Part shown: positions 1-8,332 of the stretch, piece after piece
How positions within the stretch are numbered: the first letter of the stretch is position 1
Layout of the letters: each line of letters opens with the position of its first letter
Assembly: GCA_964587725.1 (NCBI GenBank)
Contig: CAZPLO010000026.1
Coordinates: forward strand, 1 to 15,961
Length of the DNA: 15,961 nt
Direction: 5' to 3'
From: an uncultured archaeon
GTDB taxonomy: Archaea; Altiarchaeota; Altiarchaeia; IMC4; SCGC-AAA252-I15
Notes under the pieces: generated by a model
What the model saw: only the letters and a program-made list of their open reading frames with translations
Told to the model about the DNA's origin: nothing
Databases searched by the model: none
Program-made: the position numbers and the translations under genes

Positions 1-36
1 GTGTATCTTTCATACACTTTTGTGTAACCGCTAGGT

Positions 37-44
37 TTTTATGT
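37..44 (+). promoter_or_regulatory. Putative archaeal TATA box for tbp (leaderless-type spacing)
   Basis: TTTTATGT lies ~23-30 nt upstream of ATG 67 in an AT-rich stretch, and there is no Shine-Dalgarno (SD) motif before the ATG. Confidence 0.5.
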
Positions 45-66
45 GCGTAACACCCTAATTGTAGAC

Positions 67-609
67 ATGATGAAGGTCAAAGTCGAGAACATGGTGGCCT
101 GCATAACCTTGGGGGTCGACCTTGACCTGAAAAAAATCGCTAAAAAGGTTCCCGGGGTGGAGAACCCGAAGAGCTTCCCCGGACTCATATACCGCCTGGA
201 AGACCTGAAGGTCGCGTTCCTCATATTCAGGACAGGCAAGCTCATCTGCAGCGGCTCCCGCACACGAAGCAACATCAACAACGCACTCGAAATCCTATTG
301 AAGAAGCTGCGGAAGGCGGGCGTCCGACTGAAGGACAAGCCTAAGGTGGAGGTAGTCAACATGGTCTCCTCAGCAAGCCTGGACTTCAAAGTCAACCTCG
401 ACATCATAGCCATGGAGAGCTGGAACGTCGAATACGAGCCTGAACAGTTCCCAGGACTCGTCTACAGACTCGACGACCTGAAGACGGTGATGCTCATATT
501 CCGGAGCGGGAAAATCATCATCACCGGCGCAACCTCCAAGAAACAGGCGGAGCAGGCCGCCGAAAAAACCAAGGAGATGGTGTTGTCCTTCGACGCAGCC
601 CTCGACTGA
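67..609 (+). CDS. tbp: TATA-box-binding protein
   Basis: Two TBP repeats: VENMVA..LDL..FPGLIYRL..LIFRTGKLICSG and VVNMVSS..EYEPEQFPGLVYRL..LIFRSGKIIITGA. ATG 67 (or 70) is preferred over the ORF-track start at 43 because of TATA spacing and where the fold begins. Confidence 0.96.
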   Translation: MMKVKVENMVACITLGVDLDLKKIAKKVPGVENPKSFPGLIYRLEDLKVAFLIFRTGKLICSGSRTRSNINNALEILLKKLRKAGVRLKDKPKVEVVNMVSSASLDFKVNLDIIAMESWNVEYEPEQFPGLVYRLDDLKTVMLIFRSGKIIITGATSKKQAEQAAEKTKEMVLSFDAALD

Positions 610-610
610 A

Positions 611-618
611 TTTTATAC
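611..618 (+). promoter_or_regulatory. Putative TATA box for the 643 gene
   Basis: TTTTATAC ends ~25 nt upstream of ATG 643. Confidence 0.55.
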
Positions 619-642
619 ACGCCCTATCATTGTTAAGACAGT

Positions 643-2820
643 ATGAAAGACAAGAGACTGCTTGTTTTCGCCGCGTTAACGCTGCTCACATACCTCATAG
701 GCTACCACGCCTTCATACTGCACCGGAACATATTCACCTGGATACAGTACATCCACTACATCACCCCCGCCCACATCATACTGTTCACGTTGGTGGCGTT
801 GGCGGCGGCAATGTACCTGGGAAAAATACGGGTGCCGGTGGAGAGGCGGCCGCTGCTGCTCGCGGGCCTGGCGGTATTGATGGCAGTCCCCTTCTGGAAC
901 CTGCCGCAGTTCAACCCCGACTCAGCCCAATACTATGCAACCGCACGTTACCTGCAGGAGACGGGGTTCACCGGACTGTCGACGCTGAAGGAAGCCGGCT
1001 ACGAAGACCTGCCGGGGTACCCGCTGCTCCTGTCACTAGTGTACAGGATACATGAGGGGTATGTGTCGACTCAGCTGCTACACATCCTACTGTATGCGCT
1101 CATACCCCTGCTGGTCTACGGCATCGGCAAAAACCTGTGGGACATTGACACCGGATACTACGCCGGCCTCCTTGCATTGGCGACGCCATTGATACACAGC
1201 AACCACTGGTTCCTCCTGCAGGACCTGCCGCTCACCGCATTCACCCTACTGTCGATATACGCGACGTTGAAGGCGTTCGACGACACCAGATGGCTTGCCA
1301 TAGCGGTGCCGGCGGCCGCCTTCACAGTGACATTGAAGGTAACGGGCCTACTCTATCTCGGGGCGACGTTACCGGTCATCGTGATATTAAAGATGCTGGA
1401 GAGATACGACCGGAGGAACGTGGTGAAGGCTGCTGGGGCGGCAGCCATACTGTTCGTTGTCCTGACGGCCATCGCATTGTCCACCACCCAGCTGGGGGAC
1501 AGGGTGATGGAGAAGGCGAAGGTGGTGGGGCTGGAAAATAACCTCCGCAGGTTCACCGGCATAGGCAACAACCACCCCACATTCGGCCTGCCGTACGACA
1601 TAGGGTTCCCGCAGACACTATTGTTCCTCGCCTTCATCCCATTGTCGCTGAAAAAATGGGACCGCAGACACTGGCTGCTGTATCTGTGGCTTATCATACC
1701 GTTCATGGTGGCGCATGACACCAAAACACGCTATCTGATGCCGCTGTTTCCGGCGATTTCACTGGCTGCCGCGCAGGCGGTGAAACGAGTGGGTGACAAG
1801 AAGATGGTGTATTTCACCGCCGCAGTAATCGCGCTGCCGACGCTGTTCGCCGTACCAGCAATATCCAACGACTACGAAATACGGAACCTGCAGGAGCTTG
1901 CGTTGGAGACCAACGGCATGGACGTTTCAACCGTCGGAGTCTACGCATACCACATTCCAAGATACATATTCAACCAGCACGAGCTCGCGTCCATGACAGA
2001 CTACTACACACACAAGAATGTGGTGTTCCTCGGCGGCTACCCCCTGTACGAGGAGGGCGCTTACAGAAACTTCATGGGGTGGGCGTACGGCAGCAACAGA
2101 AAGTACCAGGGGATACTCGGCACACTCTACCCGAATCTGAACCTGAACGGCGAACACCTCCTCGACAACTACACCTACGTCGGTGAATCATCAGGCGGCG
2201 CATACCACATGCGCAACACATACTACGCCCGACTCTACAGGCTGAGGGAGGGGATGTCGGGGCCCGTTGACGCGTTACTGTACCTGTCCAACGTGGAAGC
2301 ATGGCAGCCGGAAATCAACAAAACCTCGTTCTGCAGCAGTTACGCGGTGAACTTCTACTGCATGGAGTACGCCGACTGGAAGAAGAAAACATTCAGCCAG
2401 ACATACCGTATCGGCCCCATAGCGTTCGCGTCGACGTACGGGAAAGACATCGGCAGCTGGCTGGGGGAAAACATGCTGTACATGAAGCCGCCGGACGTCG
2501 GACAAGTCAACAGCACATACCGTCTCACAATACCGGGGGACACTGTCTTGAGGTTCAGCGTCAGCCTCCACCCCGAAACCTGGCACCCCATGAAAGGCGA
2601 CGGAGTCGAGTTCACCGTGTTGGCGGACTCCGAAACAATATACCAAAAGTACGTTGACCCGAAAAACAACCCAGGAGACAGGAGACTGCACGAGGAGGAA
2701 GTCGACGTCACCCGCTACTGGAACCGGACAGTAGACCTGGTGTTCATGACCCGCAGCGGCCCCTCCAACGACAGCAGATACGACACCGCAGGATGGGGTA
2801 ACCCGAGGTTGGTGGAATGA
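643..2820 (+). CDS. Polytopic GT-C-fold (ArnT/PMT_2, GT39/GT83-like) glycosyltransferase with an extracellular C-terminal beta-sandwich (NPCBM/galactose-binding-like) domain
   Basis: About 12-13 hydrophobic helices. NPDSAQYYATA follows the third TM segment; PGYPLLLS, LLQDLPLTAF and RYLMPLFP motifs are present. The C-terminus has GDGVEFTV...VDLVFMT.SGP...YDTAGWGNPRL and several N-x-S/T sequons. Confidence 0.75.
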   Translation: MKDKRLLVFAALTLLTYLIGYHAFILHRNIFTWIQYIHYITPAHIILFTLVALAAAMYLGKIRVPVERRPLLLAGLAVLMAVPFWNLPQFNPDSAQYYATARYLQETGFTGLSTLKEAGYEDLPGYPLLLSLVYRIHEGYVSTQLLHILLYALIPLLVYGIGKNLWDIDTGYYAGLLALATPLIHSNHWFLLQDLPLTAFTLLSIYATLKAFDDTRWLAIAVPAAAFTVTLKVTGLLYLGATLPVIVILKMLERYDRRNVVKAAGAAAILFVVLTAIALSTTQLGDRVMEKAKVVGLENNLRRFTGIGNNHPTFGLPYDIGFPQTLLFLAFIPLSLKKWDRRHWLLYLWLIIPFMVAHDTKTRYLMPLFPAISLAAAQAVKRVGDKKMVYFTAAVIALPTLFAVPAISNDYEIRNLQELALETNGMDVSTVGVYAYHIPRYIFNQHELASMTDYYTHKNVVFLGGYPLYEEGAYRNFMGWAYGSNRKYQGILGTLYPNLNLNGEHLLDNYTYVGESSGGAYHMRNTYYARLYRLREGMSGPVDALLYLSNVEAWQPEINKTSFCSSYAVNFYCMEYADWKKKTFSQTYRIGPIAFASTYGKDIGSWLGENMLYMKPPDVGQVNSTYRLTIPGDTVLRFSVSLHPETWHPMKGDGVEFTVLADSETIYQKYVDPKNNPGDRRLHEEEVDVTRYWNRTVDLVFMTRSGPSNDSRYDTAGWGNPRLVE

Positions 2821-4055
2821 ACGTCGCATTGGTTACGGTGGACTGTCTCCGCGCCGACCACCTCGGATGCTACGGCTACGGCAGGGAAACGCCGAACATA
2901 GACGCATTGGCCGGGAAGGGGCTGAGGTTCACTCACGCATACGCGAACGCACCCTACACGCCGGGGTCGTTCCTGTCACTGTTCACGTCACACCACCCCC
3001 TAGACTTCAAACAGATGCTGCCGCTGCCCCCCGCCTCTAACCCGCTGCCGGAGGTGTTGGGCATTGAGTCGGCGGCGGTCCACTCCAACCCGCTGCTGTC
3101 AAGACACTACGGATACCAGCGGGGGTGGAACAGGTTCGAAGACCACCTGAACAGCGGGGGCGGCGTATCCCCGGCAAAGTATCTCCCCCGCAAACTCCGG
3201 CTGCTGGCGGACCTGTACTTCGGAGGCGGCCCATACGCCGGCGCGGAAACAATAACAGGGAAGGCGCTGCGGCACATCCATGATATGGGGGAGCCGTGGT
3301 TCATGTGGGCTCATTACATGGACCTGCACCATCCCCTGCGTCTTCCCCCTGAGAGGAAGCACACGGAAAATATGTCGTTGTCGACGCGGATGCGTCTGCT
3401 GGAGAACCCCACCAAAGACTCGGACCCGTCGCTGAAGCAGGGTGTGGTGGACGCATACGACGACAACCTCCGGCACATTGACTCGCAGGTGGGCCGGCTT
3501 GTGGAAGCGGCTGAAGACACGGTCTTCATCGTCACCGCAGACCACGGGGAAGAATTCCTCGAGCACGGAGGATACGGCCACAGACCCAAACTATACAACG
3601 AACTACTGCATGTTCCATTGATTCTCTCCGGCCCCGGCGTCGAATCCGGCGTCAGGGAGGGCCTCGTATCCCACGTCGACGTCGCACCCACCATACTGTC
3701 CCTGTACGGTCTGAAGCCGCCGGAAGACTACGTGGGGGAAAACCTCTTCACCGGCGGGAAAAAATACGTGTTCAGCGAGGCACTGCATAATGAGCGCGGC
3801 CAGTTCATAGAAGACGACCGTGTCTTAACCGCAGGCTACGTCAGCTATGCGGTGCAGTCGCGGGAGCTGAAGCTGATTAAGACCTTCAAAGGCGGGGAAT
3901 TGGTCGGCAGGGAACTCTACAACCTCCTGGAGGACCCGGGGGAGACGGTGAACCTAACGGAAGACTCGCCGCTGGAGAAAGAACTCGACCGCCACATCCA
4001 AAGCAGGATGCTGAGGGAGGCGGCCGACAGAGTCTCCGAAGACGAACGTTTGTGA
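2817..4055 (+). CDS. Sulfatase-like hydrolase/transferase (alkaline phosphatase superfamily) with Thr at the nucleophile position
   Basis: NVALVTVDCLRADHLGCYGY..TPNID, HYMDLHHP, TADHGEEF.EHG, LHVPLI, DVAPTIL and ELYNL..DPGE..NL motifs. ATGA overlap with the upstream gene. Confidence 0.88.
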   Translation: MNVALVTVDCLRADHLGCYGYGRETPNIDALAGKGLRFTHAYANAPYTPGSFLSLFTSHHPLDFKQMLPLPPASNPLPEVLGIESAAVHSNPLLSRHYGYQRGWNRFEDHLNSGGGVSPAKYLPRKLRLLADLYFGGGPYAGAETITGKALRHIHDMGEPWFMWAHYMDLHHPLRLPPERKHTENMSLSTRMRLLENPTKDSDPSLKQGVVDAYDDNLRHIDSQVGRLVEAAEDTVFIVTADHGEEFLEHGGYGHRPKLYNELLHVPLILSGPGVESGVREGLVSHVDVAPTILSLYGLKPPEDYVGENLFTGGKKYVFSEALHNERGQFIEDDRVLTAGYVSYAVQSRELKLIKTFKGGELVGRELYNLLEDPGETVNLTEDSPLEKELDRHIQSRMLREAADRVSEDERL

Positions 4056-4061
4056 AAGAAT

Positions 4062-4934
4062 TCACTCTAGTAGTTTCAGCAGCATCGCCTTCTGGGCGTG
4101 CATCCTGTTTTCGGCCTGGTCGAAGACGATAGAGTTACTGCTGTCCAGCACTTCGTCGGTGACTTCCTGTCCGCGGACGGCGGGGAGGCAGTGCATGAAC
4201 AGCCGGTCACCCAACAGTTCGCCGGTCACCCGGTAACCCCTGAGGTCCTTAACCCTTTTTTCCTTCTCTGCTTCGTCGCCCATGCTCACCCACGTGTCCG
4301 TGTACACGATGTCCGCGTCCTCCACCGCCTCAACCGAGTCCCTGGTTAAGGTGAGGCCGTGCTTCAAACCGAAGTCGACAACCTCCGGGTCTGGCCCGTA
4401 GCCTTCGGGAGTCGCCACCGTAACCTTAGCACCTACTTTGCAGCAGCCGAGGATTAGGGAGTTGCAGACGTTGTTGCCGTCCCCCACGTATGCGAGGTGG
4501 AAGTCGTATGACCCTGTTTTCTCGTAGGCTGTCATCAAATCAGCCAGCGCCTGGCAGGGGTGGAAGCGGTCGCACAGTCCGTTGACCACCGGCACCTCCG
4601 CGGCCGCGGCTATGTCCAGTATCTCCCGGTGGCGGGACACCCTCGCCATTAATACGTCGCAGTACCGGTCCAGGCATCTGACCTCGTCCTGCAGTCTACC
4701 TTTGGTGAAGTTGGTGGTCCGCCAGTCCAGGTATATTGCGTCGCCCCCCAGCTGGTACATTCCGGCTTCGAAGCTGCACCGCGTCCTAGTCGACGGCTTC
4801 ATGAACAGCATAATAAGTGTTTTGCCGTCGAGTCTGCCGCGGAAGGAGTCTACGTCAGACTTCACTTCCAAGGCGTCGCCTATGACGCCTTTAACCCATT
4901 TTCCGCTGTAGTCCCCGAGTGTCAGCAAATCCAT
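4062..4934 (-). CDS. argF: Ornithine carbamoyltransferase
   Basis: F.KPSTRTR.SFE (carbamoyl phosphate binding), HPCQALAD, GDGNNV, YTDTWVSMG, FMHCLP and DQAENRMHAQKA. Confidence 0.96.
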   Translation of the reverse strand: MDLLTLGDYSGKWVKGVIGDALEVKSDVDSFRGRLDGKTLIMLFMKPSTRTRCSFEAGMYQLGGDAIYLDWRTTNFTKGRLQDEVRCLDRYCDVLMARVSRHREILDIAAAAEVPVVNGLCDRFHPCQALADLMTAYEKTGSYDFHLAYVGDGNNVCNSLILGCCKVGAKVTVATPEGYGPDPEVVDFGLKHGLTLTRDSVEAVEDADIVYTDTWVSMGDEAEKEKRVKDLRGYRVTGELLGDRLFMHCLPAVRGQEVTDEVLDSSNSIVFDQAENRMHAQKAMLLKLLE

Positions 4935-4967
4935 TTACACGCCTTTATTGGATTACGGGTTGAAAAA

Positions 4968-6068
4968 CTAAAGGAGTCTCCGGTCGAATCGTTCGTCCAC
5001 GTACTTGCTCAACGCGTCCAAGGCCACGTCGAGGCCGTGTTTCTCCGCCTCCTTGAGGGACGCCCCGCGTTTGCTTTCGTAGAACTCCTGGTCCTCGTAC
5101 AGCCTGTCCACTGCTTCAGTCCACGCGTCCACATTCGCAGTGGAAAGTTTGATGCCTGCGTCGCCCGCCGCCTCAGCCGCGCCGCCCACGTCCGAAACAA
5201 CCACGGGCAGGCCGTTAGCCAAAGCCTCCAACACGGTGCGGGGGTAGTTGTCCGCCATAGAAGAAGGCGCCAACAGAATGCGGGCGCGTCCGTACACCGG
5301 CTTCATGTCATCGACGCGGCCCAGGTACTCGACGTTCGGCTCTTCAGCGAGCCACATGTAGTCTCTGTCGAGTCCGCCTGCCAATGTGAAACGCCTCTTC
5401 CGCATATTCTTTACCAGTTCCGCCACCAAGGCAACCCCCTTGTGTTTCACCGGGTTCACGAACAGTATACTGTCGCCCTGCTGGTCCGACACGTATTTCT
5501 CCAAGTCCACTATCATCGGCAGCACATCCGGCTCCACGCCCGTGTAATGCTCGGTCACCTCCCGCATGAACCTGCTTTGGGTGACGACGGCGTCCGCCTC
5601 TTGAATGGCCCTGCGGTTGCGGTCGTAGATGACCTTATACGCGGGGTACCGTATCAACCCTTGAACGCCTTCGCAGCGCCAGCACCGCTGCCTGCAATAC
5701 ACCTCCCCCTGCTTGAAGGAGTCGAGGCAGAAGTGCTCGAAACTCCGCACGTACATGAGACACGGTATGCCCCTGCCTTTACACCAGAAGACGGTCGGCG
5801 CCGCCGCATTCACCTGCGTCAGCACCAGGTCGGGCTTGAAGCCGAGGCGGTTCAAGTACCTGCTCCAGAACAGATTCACGTACAGTATGTTGTTCCAGCA
5901 GCCGACTTCATGGACGCGAACCCCGTTCCAGTCGTAATCCCCGCCTTTCCCGGACGCGAGGACGTGGACTTCATGGCGGGCAGCCAGCTCCCGCAGCAGC
6001 GTCTGCGCGCACAGCTCCGCGCCCCCCACATAGTTCAGGAAATGCTGGGCCGAAAACAGTATCCGCAT
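4968..6068 (-). CDS. GT4 family (GT-B fold) glycosyltransferase
   Basis: MRIL...GGAE N-terminus, KGV, and PS..DNYPRTVLEALANGLPVVVSDVGG..E. Start is 6068 (MRILF) or 6077. Confidence 0.9.
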   Translation of the reverse strand: MRILFSAQHFLNYVGGAELCAQTLLRELAARHEVHVLASGKGGDYDWNGVRVHEVGCWNNILYVNLFWSRYLNRLGFKPDLVLTQVNAAAPTVFWCKGRGIPCLMYVRSFEHFCLDSFKQGEVYCRQRCWRCEGVQGLIRYPAYKVIYDRNRRAIQEADAVVTQSRFMREVTEHYTGVEPDVLPMIVDLEKYVSDQQGDSILFVNPVKHKGVALVAELVKNMRKRRFTLAGGLDRDYMWLAEEPNVEYLGRVDDMKPVYGRARILLAPSSMADNYPRTVLEALANGLPVVVSDVGGAAEAAGDAGIKLSTANVDAWTEAVDRLYEDQEFYESKRGASLKEAEKHGLDVALDALSKYVDERFDRRLL

Positions 6069-6109
6069 AGTATCCATCAGGATTTAACGTCTAAAAACCT
6101 TTCCTAAAC

Positions 6110-7222
6110 ATGGTCGACTCCCGGATTCCCATGAGGTTGGCTGCCGTCTTCATACTGTATACGGTGGTGCTCGCCTCCTACTCACTAGCCTACACCGGAA
6201 GCCTGGATGTGACGGCGTTCATCCACGCCGGGGAAAACCAGACCCTACTGAAAGGCATACAGTACGATGGAGTCTACGTATACCCCGGTTTGGACGGATA
6301 CGACGGACAATACTACTACCACATAGCACGCAATCCCTTCAACATAGCGGATGTAGCGCGAATCGAGTCGCCGCAGTACAGGTACCAGCGGATACTGTAT
6401 CCGCTGCTGGTGTACGTATTGTCGCTTGGCCAAGCCTCCGCAGTCCCGTATGTGATGCTGGCGGTGAACCTCGCATGTGTCTTGGCTGCCGCGTACCTGT
6501 ACATGAAATGGGCTGGCAGACACTGGTTCTATGCCGCATTCATCCCCGGGGTTTTCGTGTCGGTCATACTCGACCTCGCCGAGCCGCTGTGGTTCCTGCT
6601 GACGTTGGCTGCGCTGTGGGCGAGCAGCAGGGAAGAGCACTGGGGGTCCGCATTCCTGTTCGGCCCCGCGTTGTTCACGAAGGAGATGACCCTGTTCATC
6701 GTCGCACCCCTCGGCCTAGCGTATATCCTGAAGAGGCGTTACCGTGAGGCTGCTCCTTACGCGTTGCTGGCGATACCGTTTCTCGCATGGCAGCTGACGC
6801 TGCTGCCGTTGTTCGGTAAGCTGCCGGTTCAGCACAGTGGAAGGTTCGTGTTCTCGGGAACAGGATATGTGGAAGCGTTCACGGCGGTTGTTTCAAACCC
6901 GTCGCTCCACAAACTACCCGTCCCCCTACTTCAGCTGTCCATTATACCCGCCGCGTACGTCGCATACAGGGCGTTGAAGCGGAAGACGCCGCTGGCGTAT
7001 GCGCTAGCATTCAACGCCGCCGTAGTGTTCCTGTTCCAGAAGGGCCTGTGGGTGGATTTGAACGCCGCCGCCAGAAACATCCTCCCACTGTCGACGATGC
7101 TGCTCGCATACTATGCGGTGGAACACGACGGGAGAATCCATTATGCGGCGGCCCCGCAGATTATTGTAACGGCGGCTGCAGCATCCTTCTATGTGGTGAA
7201 GGCGTTTAACGCGGTTTTCTGA
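6110..7222 (+). CDS. Polytopic membrane protein, GT-C-like cell-surface glycopolymer protein (GYDGQ-YY / YRxQRILYP family)
   Basis: GYDGQYYYHIARNP and PQYRYQRILYPLL motifs in the first loop, then EPL and TKE motifs and ~10 TM helices. Confidence 0.7.
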   Translation: MVDSRIPMRLAAVFILYTVVLASYSLAYTGSLDVTAFIHAGENQTLLKGIQYDGVYVYPGLDGYDGQYYYHIARNPFNIADVARIESPQYRYQRILYPLLVYVLSLGQASAVPYVMLAVNLACVLAAAYLYMKWAGRHWFYAAFIPGVFVSVILDLAEPLWFLLTLAALWASSREEHWGSAFLFGPALFTKEMTLFIVAPLGLAYILKRRYREAAPYALLAIPFLAWQLTLLPLFGKLPVQHSGRFVFSGTGYVEAFTAVVSNPSLHKLPVPLLQLSIIPAAYVAYRALKRKTPLAYALAFNAAVVFLFQKGLWVDLNAAARNILPLSTMLLAYYAVEHDGRIHYAAAPQIIVTAAAASFYVVKAFNAVF

Positions 7223-8294
7223 GGATGTTCAGGAGTTCTTCCGCCGTCTTGCTCCACGGGTATTGTCCGGCGGTCTTGATTCCGGCGGCGCCCATCTTGT
7301 ACGCCAAAACATCGTCTTCAATGAGTTTGTTCACTCTCCCCGCGATGTTCTCCGGCGTAGGGTCGACGAGGAAGGAGTCGACGCCGTCGGAGAGGACTTC
7401 CGTGAACCCGCCCTCCAGGCATCCTATCACCGGGGTGCCCTGGGCGAGGGACTCCAGGGGCACCAGCCCGAACGGCTCCCTCACCGGCGTGTACACGGTG
7501 CACAAACTCCCCCGGTATAGTCTGTCTAGTTCGTCGCCGAATTTCACGCCAGTGAACTCCACCCTATCCGTCAACCCAAGGTCGTCGGCAATCCTACGCA
7601 GCCCCCCCTCATACCCGCCTTCACCGACAACCTTCAGCTTAACGTCTTCGGGGAGGTGCCGGAGGCACCGGATGGCGAGGTCGACGCGTTTCTCCGGCAT
7701 GAGACGGTTCACACACAATATGTAACCGCCGTCTTTTCCCGCGGGCTTGTCTGCGACGCCGTCAACCCCCATGTACACCACCTCATCTGCGCGGCCGTAC
7801 ACCCTCCGCAGGTAGTCTGCGGAGTACCTGCTGTTCGCGACGACCGAGTCCACCCTGATTCTTTTGTCCACCGACCTCAGGTAGGGGAAAACCAGCTTCA
7901 TCAGGAGTTTCTTGTGGAACCCCAGGTCATCGCGTCTCATGAGTTCCGGGTAGAGGTCGTACAGCATCCTCGGCGGCTCCTGCGGATACCACACCGACGG
8001 GTGCCGGTCCACCAAGTGGGTGGGGTACAGTACCATGAGATAGGCGTCATGTAAGCCGACAGACCCCCCGTACTGTTTCATGAACAGGGATGACAGGAAC
8101 CGGAGGGAACGCTGTTTGGGCATATGTGCCCGAACCTCCACGTACTCGGCGTCCAACCCCCTCAGAAGCCGGCTGTCGGCCGACATCGAATAAAGGGTGA
8201 CGTCGTGTCCGCTCCACTGCTCCATCACCTTCAGCCCGAACTTTTCCGCGCCGCCCACGGTGTCGAAGAAAGGGTATAGTACGGCGATGTCCAT
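7206..8294 (-). CDS. GT4 family glycosyltransferase
   Basis: GGAEK, VANSRYS, VNRLMPEKRVD and EPFGLVPLESLAQGTPVI. Confidence 0.93.
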   Translation of the reverse strand: MDIAVLYPFFDTVGGAEKFGLKVMEQWSGHDVTLYSMSADSRLLRGLDAEYVEVRAHMPKQRSLRFLSSLFMKQYGGSVGLHDAYLMVLYPTHLVDRHPSVWYPQEPPRMLYDLYPELMRRDDLGFHKKLLMKLVFPYLRSVDKRIRVDSVVANSRYSADYLRRVYGRADEVVYMGVDGVADKPAGKDGGYILCVNRLMPEKRVDLAIRCLRHLPEDVKLKVVGEGGYEGGLRRIADDLGLTDRVEFTGVKFGDELDRLYRGSLCTVYTPVREPFGLVPLESLAQGTPVIGCLEGGFTEVLSDGVDSFLVDPTPENIAGRVNKLIEDDVLAYKMGAAGIKTAGQYPWSKTAEELLNILRKPR

Positions 8295-8332
8295 GCATAT
8301 TATTAAGTCCTCCTAGTTTAATGTACCCAAGA

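Noticed and set aside
4052-4065. GTGAA/TTCAC inverted repeat as a terminator
   Set aside because: It is only 5 bp, largely produced by the two convergent TGA stop codons, and has no T-tract.
5037-6107. 356-aa plus-strand ORF
   Set aside because: It is the antisense shadow of the GT4 gene, with H/R/V-rich composition typical of GC-rich reverse frames and no recognisable motifs.
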